Of a DNA stretch of 64,000 bases, positions 20,871 to 31,198 are shown piece after piece; within the stretch, counting starts at the first letter, position 1; each line of letters starts with the position of its first letter. The position numbers were made by a program, and so were the translations under genes. The notes below the pieces were generated by a model that was not told the DNA's origin, searched no databases, and was given only the letters and a program-made list of their open reading frames with translations. Location: NCBI GenBank assembly GCA_051531975.1, contig JAOPTT010000006.1:160656-224655 (forward strand). The letters run 5' to 3'. Origin of the DNA: Spirochaetaceae bacterium (lineage in GTDB: Bacteria; Spirochaetota; Spirochaetia; DSM-2461).

Positions 20871-21752
20871 CTAGAAAGGTATGATAGGTATGTCATTATT
20901 GCAATTATTATTTTTTAGTTCAAAAAAGTTATTCCAGTTAATACCTCGTTCATTGGCTGCAACTTTCATCTCTTTTAATGAGGGCTCAGATAATTCAGGT
21001 GTTCTGGACACAATTAGAAAAATATTATCGATTCTAGGTCTTGGAATTTGTGTTTTAGCACAGATGGCAAACATTCTAGCATCATCTGTTTTATGCAGAA
21101 GTTTCCAAACCTCAGTTGTTTCTGTGTCCCACATTACTAATGTGGTTCCAAACTGTCTCTCTTCTATTCCATGTGCAGCAATATATTCTGCTAACTGTCG
21201 CCTTATAAGGCCTCTCATAGCTGTTTTAACCTGATATTCGATATGTAATTTCCAATCACCATCTGTTGCCTCAACAAAATTCATAAAAGAACAGTCCCAG
21301 TTATCCCAGGAATCTGTATGCGTTCTCCACCACTTCCCACTATGTTCGTTAAGGTTCATTTTTAGGGGTGGATTATTAAAAGATATAGGTTTCTGTGGAG
21401 TTACATCATCATCCTTATACATATTAGCGCATTTTATTACTGCACTCCTAGAAAAAGATGCTAGCTGTTTTGTTGGGTATTCATCTAAAATTCGTGCACT
21501 ACATATATCAGAATCTTCAGGTACTTCCATATGTTGTAACTCTTTAATTTGGTTTTGAACCCGTTTGCTATTTTTGTCTCCACATTTAGTCAATTCCTGA
21601 AGACCTTCTCTACTTTCAGGGTCTCTTAGACAGGCAAATAGTTCTGGACCACATTTTATTATCATACATCCCAAAACGGTTCTTTTGAGTAGAATAATAC
21701 CTATGATAAGTAGAAATAACGTAATAATAGAAATTAACAAAGCTATTGGCAT
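20871..21752 (-). CDS. Violaxanthin de-epoxidase-like (VDE/VDL) Cys-rich lipocalin protein, N-terminally anchored
   Basis: SD GAGG before ATG 21752; TM helix; CMIIKCGPELFAC, GKWW..D.WDC, VSRTPEL, AANERGINWNNF..KNNNC parallel plant VDE motifs. Confidence 0.65.
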   Translation of the reverse strand: MPIALLISIITLFLLIIGIILLKRTVLGCMIIKCGPELFACLRDPESREGLQELTKCGDKNSKRVQNQIKELQHMEVPEDSDICSARILDEYPTKQLASFSRSAVIKCANMYKDDDVTPQKPISFNNPPLKMNLNEHSGKWWRTHTDSWDNWDCSFMNFVEATDGDWKLHIEYQVKTAMRGLIRRQLAEYIAAHGIEERQFGTTLVMWDTETTEVWKLLHKTDDARMFAICAKTQIPRPRIDNIFLIVSRTPELSEPSLKEMKVAANERGINWNNFFELKNNNCNNDIPIIPF

Positions 21753-21831
21753 ATGTACCTCGAATTTTAGTATAGGTTTACATCTATGAGTGTGCAAGAG
21801 TTTTATACACTATTAAATACAGCTAGTAGTT

Positions 21832-21910
21832 TATTAACATTCTTTATCACAAAGAGGTTGTCATTTCCTTATAGAATATATGGTGTATGAGGATCATTGT
21901 TTAAGTTGAA
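21832..21910 (+). pseudogene. comM: comM extreme 3'-end remnant, copy D, internally deleted
   Basis: 21841-21865 matches 12464-12488 at 23/25; 21868-21910 matches 12567-12608, including the terminal AGTTGA. Confidence 0.75.
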
Positions 21911-22015
21911 TTCTTGTGCTTTTACTTAAACATGGTAGCTTTTTAGGATATATCTTGTTTTCTTAGTATTCTTAAATTAAAGTTATAATATAATGATCTT
22001 GAAAGAGGTATAAAG

Positions 22016-25000
22016 TTGATAACAAATAGATTATTCATAAAAAATCTCATAATCATCAACTACTTTTTACTTTTATCTTTTAATATTTTTTCAGGTGATA
22101 TCAATCAGATTGCAAAGGAAAACCTCATATTTGATACAGTATATGAATTGTCAGAAATGTGTGAAGGAGGCCTGATTAAAGATAATGAAGGTTTTTTATG
22201 GATTTCAACACAAAACGGTTTGTATAGATTTGACGGTCTTACCACAGAGTACCGTGGAGGTAAATATCTATCTAGTAGAATCACTACCAGTATATTAATT
22301 GATTCTGAAGGTCTTATCTGGATTGGAACTAAAGGTGGAGGACTTAATAAATACGATAAATGGCAAGATTCTTTCACATCCTATAAGCATGATACCGAGA
22401 ATCCCCAAAGTATAAGTAGTGATTACCTACCACTTATAGGTCAACAGCTTTTACTTGAAGACAATGAGGGGTACATCTGGATTGCCACAGAAGAAGGATT
22501 AAACAGACTTGATAAAAAAAATGAGATATTTACGCATTATTTTCACAATGCAAATAAAGCAAATAGTTTAAGCAGCAACCGGATAAGCGCTCTCTATCAG
22601 GATAGAGAGGGAATCATATGGATTGGAACATTTGACTCAGGTCTGAACAGATATGATCCAGGGGAAAAGATATTTAAACATTTTAAAAATGATAGCCGCG
22701 ATTTAAAAAGCCTTAGTGATAATTATATACTGTCCATATTCGAAGATTCATCAGGAAGGCTCTGGATAGGAACCGATGGTGGAGGTCTGAACTATTTTGA
22801 TAGAACAAATGAGACGTTCATAAATTACATGCCATCGGAAGATGATTCTAACAGTATAGGCGATGATAACATATATACAATATTAGAAGACAGGGATGGT
22901 TGGTTATGGCTCGGTCACCATCTCGGTGATAAAACTGGTTTGACCCTTTTCAATCCGGATACAGATCATTTTATTTCCTATGGTCATGATGAACATAATT
23001 CTCATTCTATTACGACTAACTCAATTACAGATTTCTGGCAGGAGGAGGACACTGGAATAATCTGGATTTTAAACCATTTCGGAATCATTCAGAAATACGA
23101 TCCAGAAAGTAGAAAGATTCAACTCCATCGTCATGATCCTGTAAATCCTTTTAGTATAAGCGATAATATGGTCTTACCTCTACTTTTTGATAGAAATAAT
23201 GATTTATGGATAGGTACTATATCAGGAGGATTGAATAAAATGGATTTGGAAACAGATCGTTTTTACAGCTTTATGCCAAATGAAGATAATCCTCAAAGGA
23301 CAGTTTTTTCAGGAGCGGTCTTAGAAGATTCTGACGGGGAATTCTGGTTAGGAAATATGGAAGCCAGCATCAGTAAATATGACCCTTTGACTAACACTGT
23401 TTTAGAAAAGTATTCTTATAATCCTGATAATCCTAGTAGTATAGCTGATACATCGATGGTCACATCAATTATTGAAGATGAAGAGAACAAAGGAATATTC
23501 TGGATGGCTAGTTTCGCCACAGGTCTGTTTAGTAAATTTGACAAATCAAAGGGGGTTTTCACAAACTATCCTGCACTGTCAAGTATCTCAATGATTTTTG
23601 ATGATGGGCAGGGAGACATTCTCATAGCCAGCCAGGGACATGGTCTCGTTAAATTCAATAAAAACTCTGAACAATATCATTATTATAAACATGATGAAGA
23701 AAATATTCAGAGTATTAGTGGGGATATTGTCTGGGGCATTTTTAAAGATTCGAAAAACCGTATTTGGGTGGGAATGGAACAAGGAATCAGTCTTTTTGAA
23801 GAGAAATCCGGAACCTTTAAAAATTACAATCCCAATACCGGATATGAAATCTATCAGGGTTCTAATTTCCTCGAAGATAAAAAAGGAAATATCTGGATAA
23901 GCGGGAATCAGATTACGAAATTCAATCCCGAATCTGAATCTGTTAAAATTTATACGTCAACTGATGGAAGCCAAATAGGTGTTTTCTTCAGGGAATCTGC
24001 TGCCATAGCTCCTGACGGAAGGATGTTTTTTGGAGGCAGCGAAGGTTTAAATAGTTTCTACCCCGAGAAATTAAAGGACAATCCCTATATCCCACCGATT
24101 GTGCTTACATCTTTTAAACAGGGAGGGAACATATTAGATTTAGGAACAGCACCGGAGATTGTCGAAGAGATAATCCTTGACTGGAAAGTCAATTTTTTTG
24201 AATTCGAATTTGCCTCCTTAAATTTCACAAAACCTGAAAATAATAACTATGCTTATATGTTGGAAGGGTGGGATAACAATTGGTATTATTCAAATTCCAT
24301 TAGAAGTGGACGATATTCAGGTCTGAAACCGGGAAGTTATATATTAAAATTGAAAGGAACCAATAATGATGGTCTGTGGAATGAAGTGGGAACTTCAGTT
24401 AATATTGTAATTACAACTCCTTTCTGGCAGAGATGGTGGTTTATTTCAATCTCCATAATTCTTATAACGGGTCTATTATTCTCTATGGTTTTCTTGAGAA
24501 TCAGATCCATTGAATTAAAAAAAATAAAACTTGAGAAACAGGTTGATATACGAACAAAAGAACTTAAATCAGCAATTGAAGAAGCTGACTTGGCAAAAGA
24601 AAAAGCAGAAGTAGCGAATAAGGCCAAAAGTATGTTTCTATCAAAAATGAGCCATGAGTTAAGAACACCACTCAATGGGATATTGGGTTATTCTAAAATT
24701 CTAATGAGAGACAAAAATATTATTCATCGACAATATGAAGGATTGAATATTATTTACCAAAGCGGGACACATCTTCTGACTTTAATAAATGATATCCTCG
24801 ATCTTGCAAAAATCGAAGCAGGTAAAATTGAATTGGAGTTTGCAGACGTTTTATTTCCCGAGTTCCTGCAAAACATAGTAGACCTTATGTCTTTGAGTGC
24901 CTCTGCAAAATCTCTAGATTTTCAATATGATATACCGGAAAAACTACCTGAAGGGATTTATACCGATCGAAAGAAACTACGGCAAATTCTCATTAATCTA

Positions 25001-26020
25001 CTTGGGAATGCGATTAAATTCACAGATTCAGGAATTATTCTTTTCAGAATTTCGGTCATCTCATTTGAAGAAGTTGATTCAAATAAGTATGTACATCTAC
25101 GATTTGAAGTGAAGGATTCGGGAAAGGGAATTCCTAAAAAACAATTGAAGAGTATTTTTCTCCCATTTGAACAGGCTGGAGATCAGACTTCTAGAGCAGA
25201 AGGTACAGGATTGGGATTAACTATCAGCCAGCAGTTGATAAAGTCATTTGGTAGTCAATTAAATGTTGAAAGTGTGGAAGGGACAGGAAGTTCATTCTGG
25301 TTTGATATAAAAACACCTATCGTTACCTTCCCTAAGAATGCTGCCCCCAAAAAAGAGAAGAGAATCTCCGGATACGAAGGTTCTGAACTAAGAATTTTAG
25401 TTGTTGATGATAATTATAATAATCGAGCTGTTCTGGTAAATATCCTTGAACCTATGGGATTTAAGCTATTCTCTGCAAAGGATGGTCAGTTGGCAATAGA
25501 TCTACTAATGCGGGAACAAATTGATCTTGTCCTAACCGATATTATTATGCCAGTAAAATCAGGATATGAGCTTGTTAAAGATATCCGAAACACAGAGGAT
25601 TTAAAAATGATTCCTGTTATTGCTGTATCGGCCAGTGTCATGGAAGAAGAAAAGGATCATTGTCTCGATGTTGGATGTGATGATTTTATTAATAAACCAG
25701 TTGATGAAAGAGTTCTATTTGATATTCTTGCGAAACATCTACATCTCCACTGGATTTACGAGACAATTGAAGATCATCAGAACGAAAAGATCAAACTTAA
25801 AGATTTACATACAAGTCTGTCAAAAGAAGATTTAAAATCGTTACTTGTATGTGCAAAACTTGGAGATATGGAAGAGATTAAGAAAATTGCCATTAAATTA
25901 TCATCCAAAGATAGTGGTGATATATTTTTCTTAAATGGAATTATCAATCTTGCTGGTAAATATGAAGTGAACAAAGTCAGAAAATTACTTGAGGATGTAA
26001 TTGGAGAAATGTATGAATAA
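22016..26020 (+). CDS. Hybrid sensor histidine kinase: propeller/Y_Y_Y sensor, HisKA, HATPase, REC
   Basis: WIGT.GGGLN repeats, GTNNDGLWN, MSHELRTPLN, GTGLGL, REC. Confidence 0.95.
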   Translation: MITNRLFIKNLIIINYFLLLSFNIFSGDINQIAKENLIFDTVYELSEMCEGGLIKDNEGFLWISTQNGLYRFDGLTTEYRGGKYLSSRITTSILIDSEGLIWIGTKGGGLNKYDKWQDSFTSYKHDTENPQSISSDYLPLIGQQLLLEDNEGYIWIATEEGLNRLDKKNEIFTHYFHNANKANSLSSNRISALYQDREGIIWIGTFDSGLNRYDPGEKIFKHFKNDSRDLKSLSDNYILSIFEDSSGRLWIGTDGGGLNYFDRTNETFINYMPSEDDSNSIGDDNIYTILEDRDGWLWLGHHLGDKTGLTLFNPDTDHFISYGHDEHNSHSITTNSITDFWQEEDTGIIWILNHFGIIQKYDPESRKIQLHRHDPVNPFSISDNMVLPLLFDRNNDLWIGTISGGLNKMDLETDRFYSFMPNEDNPQRTVFSGAVLEDSDGEFWLGNMEASISKYDPLTNTVLEKYSYNPDNPSSIADTSMVTSIIEDEENKGIFWMASFATGLFSKFDKSKGVFTNYPALSSISMIFDDGQGDILIASQGHGLVKFNKNSEQYHYYKHDEENIQSISGDIVWGIFKDSKNRIWVGMEQGISLFEEKSGTFKNYNPNTGYEIYQGSNFLEDKKGNIWISGNQITKFNPESESVKIYTSTDGSQIGVFFRESAAIAPDGRMFFGGSEGLNSFYPEKLKDNPYIPPIVLTSFKQGGNILDLGTAPEIVEEIILDWKVNFFEFEFASLNFTKPENNNYAYMLEGWDNNWYYSNSIRSGRYSGLKPGSYILKLKGTNNDGLWNEVGTSVNIVITTPFWQRWWFISISIILITGLLFSMVFLRIRSIELKKIKLEKQVDIRTKELKSAIEEADLAKEKAEVANKAKSMFLSKMSHELRTPLNGILGYSKILMRDKNIIHRQYEGLNIIYQSGTHLLTLINDILDLAKIEAGKIELEFADVLFPEFLQNIVDLMSLSASAKSLDFQYDIPEKLPEGIYTDRKKLRQILINLLGNAIKFTDSGIILFRISVISFEEVDSNKYVHLRFEVKDSGKGIPKKQLKSIFLPFEQAGDQTSRAEGTGLGLTISQQLIKSFGSQLNVESVEGTGSSFWFDIKTPIVTFPKNAAPKKEKRISGYEGSELRILVVDDNYNNRAVLVNILEPMGFKLFSAKDGQLAIDLLMREQIDLVLTDIIMPVKSGYELVKDIRNTEDLKMIPVIAVSASVMEEEKDHCLDVGCDDFINKPVDERVLFDILAKHLHLHWIYETIEDHQNEKIKLKDLHTSLSKEDLKSLLVCAKLGDMEEIKKIAIKLSSKDSGDIFFLNGIINLAGKYEVNKVRKLLEDVIGEMYE

Positions 26021-27677
26021 TAATTTCAGTCATATTCCAAAAGTTTTAATTGTTGACGATAATCCGGGTAATCTATCTGTACTTGCAAAATATCTTGAAG
26101 AACATAAATTGAAAATATATGCAGCCCAGGATGGTGAGAGTGCTATTGAAAAAGCAGAATTGCTACAACCCGATATAATATTACTGGATGTTATGCTTCC
26201 TGGTATTAATGGATATGAAACTTGTTTTCTTCTAAAGAAAAATGAAAAAACTAATAAAACTCCAATTATTATAATGACAATTTTAGATGATATTGATCAC
26301 CAACTAAAAGGATTTCAGGCTGGTGCTGTAGATTTTATTACAAAACCTTTCCAGGAAGAAGTCGTATTGGCTAGAATAAATACTCACCTTAAATTACATG
26401 AATTGACAGAGAAGCTTGAAGAGAAAATTAATGAACGAACAAATAAACTCGTTTTAGTAAATGAGAAATTAGTAGCGGAGGTCCAGGAACGGAAAAAAGC
26501 TGAAGATGAAAACCTATTGCTCCAGGAGAAAATATTACAATCCCAAAAAATGGAAGCTATTGGTCAGCTGGCTGGGGGGATCGCTCATGATTTTAATAAT
26601 ATTCTCGGTGGAATAATGAATTCAGCTCAATTATTGAAATATCCTGAAAGAAATCTAGATGAGAAAGGACTAAGATTGACAGGATGGATTCTTGAAGCTT
26701 CAAAAAGAGCCGGAGATTTAACATCACAGCTTTTAGCATTTAGTAGGAAAGAACAAAAAGACTTTAAAATATTAGATCTGAAAGTCCTGCTACAAGATAT
26801 TGAACAATTACTCAATCGTACAATATCCAAAAAAATCACTAATTCAGTAATTAATCACGCAGAAAGATTTCAGGTCATTGGAAATAATTCAGCCCTTCAT
26901 AGTGTTTTTCTTAATCTAGCAATTAACTCCAGCCATGCAATAGAGGATACTGGAGAGATATTTTTTATTATAGAGAATGTTATGCTGAATAAAGATGATT
27001 ACAAGAATTCACCTTTTGATATTAATTCTGGAGAGTTTTGTCGAGTAGAGGTTAAAGACACTGGTTCCGGTATTCCCCCTCATTATCTACAGAAAGTCTT
27101 TGAACCTTTTTTTACAACAAAAATAGATGGGAAAGGAACAGGACTCGGATTATCTGCATCTTTTGGAATAATTCAAAATCATCATGGAATAATTGAGATA
27201 AGCAGTGACATTGATATTGGAACATCCGTTATGATATTTCTTCCATGTTCTAATAGAACACAGGAGATAAATAAAAAGATAGATTCAAAGTATTCAACTT
27301 CTAAAGTAATTTTATTTGTAGATGATGATGAGATCAACCGAATTACAGCCCAGGAATTGATTGAATCGATGGGACACAATGTTCTCGTCGCGGAAAATGG
27401 AAAAAACGCCCTTGAGATTTACAAGTCTAATAGAGTGGATTTAGTAATTTTGGATATGATTATGCCTGTTATGAATGGTAGAGAAACATTTTTTGAATTA
27501 AAAAAAATAGATGAGAATTGTAAAGTGATATTGAGTACCGGTTATGCAAAAAACTCTGAGATAATTGAAATGCAGAAAAATGGGTTAAACGGAATTATTC
27601 ATAAGCCATATATTATAGAAGATATTAATAAATTGATTATACAGATTACAACTTCTGCTGACGATAAAATTTCATAA
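26013..27677 (+). CDS. Cytoplasmic REC-HisKA-HATPase-REC hybrid kinase
   Basis: N-terminal REC, LAGGIAHDFNN, FFTTK..GKGTGLGL, C-terminal REC; ATG overlaps the end of the upstream gene. Confidence 0.93.
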   Translation: MNNNFSHIPKVLIVDDNPGNLSVLAKYLEEHKLKIYAAQDGESAIEKAELLQPDIILLDVMLPGINGYETCFLLKKNEKTNKTPIIIMTILDDIDHQLKGFQAGAVDFITKPFQEEVVLARINTHLKLHELTEKLEEKINERTNKLVLVNEKLVAEVQERKKAEDENLLLQEKILQSQKMEAIGQLAGGIAHDFNNILGGIMNSAQLLKYPERNLDEKGLRLTGWILEASKRAGDLTSQLLAFSRKEQKDFKILDLKVLLQDIEQLLNRTISKKITNSVINHAERFQVIGNNSALHSVFLNLAINSSHAIEDTGEIFFIIENVMLNKDDYKNSPFDINSGEFCRVEVKDTGSGIPPHYLQKVFEPFFTTKIDGKGTGLGLSASFGIIQNHHGIIEISSDIDIGTSVMIFLPCSNRTQEINKKIDSKYSTSKVILFVDDDEINRITAQELIESMGHNVLVAENGKNALEIYKSNRVDLVILDMIMPVMNGRETFFELKKIDENCKVILSTGYAKNSEIIEMQKNGLNGIIHKPYIIEDINKLIIQITTSADDKIS

Positions 27678-27779
27678 ATTCGAAATAGGTTAGGGGTTAG
27701 TTTTTCAAAATCACGTAAATTCATGCAGTCAAAGTTATTATAGGAAACTATATTTGAAATTTGCTACTTCTATTGTGTA

Positions 27780-27798
27780 GGGCTGAACTGCTTAGCCC
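27780..27798 (+). terminator. Hairpin between convergent genes
   Basis: GGGCTGA-actgc-TTAGCCC; weak U-tract. Confidence 0.45.
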
Positions 27799-27832
27799 CA
27801 TAATATAAAAATGCTGCAAAAATAAAATAATA

Positions 27833-28813
27833 TTATTTATTAGATAGAAAATCATCTATCATCTTATTTGACAGTTCTGGTTGGTCTACAAAAATATTAT
27901 GACCTGAATCAAATACAATTCTCTGTTCTGCATGCTGATAATATCCTAAAAACTTCTTCTGATAATCAACTCCAAAAACCTTATTATATTCAGATGTCAA
28001 AAATAGAACATGGCCATCAAATATGTCAGAACCTGTAATAAAATCCAGGGTTGCCATAAAATCTGGATCATGTTGGCTTCTACCTATGGTTTGATCAATT
28101 GAATAAGTTCCCATTCTCCAACCCTTAAATTCTGGGCCACCATTTTTATTACCAATATATAGATACATCATACTTTTAAAATAGTCATCTCTAGCGTAAG
28201 GATCATTATCAATATTAACTCGCCATTTATTTAACCATAATTTTGATATATTTATAAAGTCAATAAAACTAATTTCTGGAGGAGGTTGGTTAAAAAATTC
28301 CTCAGCCAAATCTGGTCTTAATATACCAGGTTCAATTAAAACAATTTTTTCAACTTTTTCAGGATGTACTGCAACGTAGCCTGATGCCATCATTGCACCC
28401 CATGAGTGTCCAACAAGATGCACAGGTTTTCCATTATAGTGGTAATCAATCAAACTATTAAGATCATCATAAAAACTTTTTACAGTGAATTCTTTATCAG
28501 ATTTTCGAGATGATAGACCTGTCATCCTCTGATCATAAAATACAATAAAATATTTATTAGATAATTCTTTTAAAGATAACATAGACCTGTAATCTCCACC
28601 TGGTCCACCATGTATTGCAATGATAATTTGATTTTTTGTATCTCCAAATGTCTCAGAATGAAATTTATGGCCATTTAGAGTTACTGACGATAAGTTTGAA
28701 TCATGATCAACAGTTTTAATAAATTCAATTGGGGAAAATAATATTAAACTTATATAAAATATCAGCCCCACAAGTATTATGATCCCTAAAGTTATAAATA
28801 TTTTTCTTAGCAT
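27833..28813 (-). CDS. Membrane-anchored alpha/beta hydrolase (proline iminopeptidase-like)
   Basis: HGGPG, YDQR, GHSWG nucleophile elbow, C-terminal SGH. Confidence 0.88.
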   Translation of the reverse strand: MLRKIFITLGIIILVGLIFYISLILFSPIEFIKTVDHDSNLSSVTLNGHKFHSETFGDTKNQIIIAIHGGPGGDYRSMLSLKELSNKYFIVFYDQRMTGLSSRKSDKEFTVKSFYDDLNSLIDYHYNGKPVHLVGHSWGAMMASGYVAVHPEKVEKIVLIEPGILRPDLAEEFFNQPPPEISFIDFINISKLWLNKWRVNIDNDPYARDDYFKSMMYLYIGNKNGGPEFKGWRMGTYSIDQTIGRSQHDPDFMATLDFITGSDIFDGHVLFLTSEYNKVFGVDYQKKFLGYYQHAEQRIVFDSGHNIFVDQPELSNKMIDDFLSNK

Positions 28814-29135
28814 TATAATTATCCTTAAAATAAACAGATAAGAAAGCCTAATTATGCTAGCGTTTACTTCTTTTATTAGTATAAGGTAATAGTTGGTTAT
28901 ATGCTAGTATTTTTATTAAACTTAAGTAACTTTAGTTTAATTGTTAAAATTTTGATAATCTCTAACTTTTTATAGATTCAATATATTTATATAAGTATAC
29001 CGTAACGACAGGTTGTGTAGAGCTTAAATGTAGTAATATCTCCATATCAAAGCTAGGTATATCACAATAATCATATTATCTAAGGAAAAATATTACCTGT
29101 TGTATTAAGAGTAATTGGAGTAAAGGTACTGTTCT

Positions 29136-29999
29136 TTAATAGCTATAATTAAAGACTTGTTTAATATAGGTTCTGTATCTCTTTTTATTTTCTTCATCAA
29201 GCCAATATTCATACTTTTCATGGTACTCCTTTTGCTTGACTATTTTTTCCAAAAAGATATTAATTTCTGTAATCATCTTTTCTCCAAAATCACCTTTTGA
29301 AATGAGAAGATATACTAATAAGTACTCAGGCATTCCTTCTACTGCTAAGGTAATAATATCTTTTTTAGATTGAGGGTCATTTTTCATAAAAAATTCTGCT
29401 TCTACCGGGTAACCAAATACAAAATCAAGTTCATTGTTTTCTATTTTTTGGATTTTTTTTTCTAAACTTTCATAATATTCCGGAATTATGAATTTATTAT
29501 GTTGATGTTTTATAAGTATTTCATCAATAATTCCACCATAAGTACGTTCAAGAGATACTCCACCCTTTAATCTACTTTCTGTAATTAGATACTCTAATTT
29601 AACTTCACCAACTTCATTTAAATAAGGTGAAAATTTATCATAATCATTTTTGTCAATAATTATTCCGTTTGGTAAAAGTAGTAGATATGGTATTGAGTAT
29701 AGTCCAATTTCTTTTCTTTCAGGTATCTTAAGCCCTGCAGAGAAAATTATATTTGGTTTCTTTTTCATTTCAGATAATACTTTAATATCATATGATACAT
29801 ATGTTTTAATATCGTAATCTTTAAACTCTTTTATAAATGAATCTTTAAAATAGTTTAATACACCTTTTCCTTTGAACTCACCTTCAGATATTTGGAATGG
29901 TGGAGTATTAAATTCGTAAAAGATTACTTCCTCACCATATGAGATGGGGATAATAAATAAAATAGTGATGAATAAATATAAAAACCGCAATTTAGTCAT
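29136..29999 (-). CDS. Periplasmic solute-binding protein (TIGR02285-like)
   Basis: Signal peptide, PPFQI..G..KGKG, ERTYGG.ID, GYPVEA. Confidence 0.75.
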   Translation of the reverse strand: MTKLRFLYLFITILFIIPISYGEEVIFYEFNTPPFQISEGEFKGKGVLNYFKDSFIKEFKDYDIKTYVSYDIKVLSEMKKKPNIIFSAGLKIPERKEIGLYSIPYLLLLPNGIIIDKNDYDKFSPYLNEVGEVKLEYLITESRLKGGVSLERTYGGIIDEILIKHQHNKFIIPEYYESLEKKIQKIENNELDFVFGYPVEAEFFMKNDPQSKKDIITLAVEGMPEYLLVYLLISKGDFGEKMITEINIFLEKIVKQKEYHEKYEYWLDEENKKRYRTYIKQVFNYSY

Positions 30000-30121
30000 A
30001 ATATCCTCTTTAATCGTACACTTATACCTTAATTATAGTATTGTATTACCTTGATTTCCATATTAATTTTTTATCATGATATATAATTCATAATACTAAT
30101 ATAGATTAGAAAAGTTGAAGT

Positions 30122-31198
30122 TTAGTATTTAACCTGTCTGAAACCCATAATAAGTAAAAATAGAGAGAGTGATAAAAGTAGGATAAAATCAAATACCAGA
30201 TCCAGTGGAGATGTGCCATAGGTTAATATTTTATGAAGAATATTTACAGCATGTGTTGCAGGTATTATTTTGAAAATAAATAACCCAGGAAATGGATATA
30301 CCGATCCAGAAAAAAATACCATGATCATAAAAGGAAATGTGGAAAGCAATAATCCATGAATCAGTGAATTAGTTAAACCTGAGACAATAAAAGCTAAACC
30401 AATAACACCAAAATTCAGAATGAAACAAACAAAAATTGATATTGAAATATCATATAATACTGAGTTTGGACTTTGAAAACCTAGAAGATACGCAGTTATA
30501 GTAGTTAACAACAAACCAATGAGTGATAATGATGAAAAAATAATTGTATGACCAATTATATATGATGATCGAGGAAGGGAACAAAGACTGTAACGAATAA
30601 AAACACCTGACTGCTTCTCTTTTAAAAGTAGCATAACAAATAGATAAAGTTGTATCAGAATAGAGAATATAATTAATCCTGGGACATAGTTTTCAAACTC
30701 TGTTTTATCTCTGGAAATCCCAATGGGTTTTTGTATTATGGATACTGGTGAGAAAATAGTAAGTTTGTTTTTAATATAATCGTTTAGATGTTTTTCTATA
30801 AGATTAGAACTTATGACATAGTAAGGATCTGAGAAATCACCTATAATTTCGATACTTTTTAGATCTTTAATACTTACCATTATTTTAACATCATGTTTTT
30901 TTAGAAGAGTTATCCCATATTGGTAATCATCGATATTAACGATATCAAAAAGTCTACCACCTCCTGGATATGTTTTATTTTTTAATTCATAGGAAAAATC
31001 ATTCCATAACGTGGAAGTAATACTGGTATTAGAGTATAAAGCTACGGGATATATAGACATTCCCTCTAAAAATATCATCTTATATAAGAAGATAAAAAAA
31101 GGTGCACAAAGTAGGGTTAAGATAAGCATTATCTTATCCCGTCTAACCTGTATAAATGATTTTTTAGCTACAGTTTTAATCATGGTTAACATCATCAA
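30122..31198 (-). CDS. ABC-2 type exporter permease
   Basis: N-terminal TM, extracytoplasmic domain, YVPGL and five further TMs, FFSGSVYP. Confidence 0.88.
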   Translation of the reverse strand: MMMLTMIKTVAKKSFIQVRRDKIMLILTLLCAPFFIFLYKMIFLEGMSIYPVALYSNTSITSTLWNDFSYELKNKTYPGGGRLFDIVNIDDYQYGITLLKKHDVKIMVSIKDLKSIEIIGDFSDPYYVISSNLIEKHLNDYIKNKLTIFSPVSIIQKPIGISRDKTEFENYVPGLIIFSILIQLYLFVMLLLKEKQSGVFIRYSLCSLPRSSYIIGHTIIFSSLSLIGLLLTTITAYLLGFQSPNSVLYDISISIFVCFILNFGVIGLAFIVSGLTNSLIHGLLLSTFPFMIMVFFSGSVYPFPGLFIFKIIPATHAVNILHKILTYGTSPLDLVFDFILLLSLSLFLLIMGFRQVKY

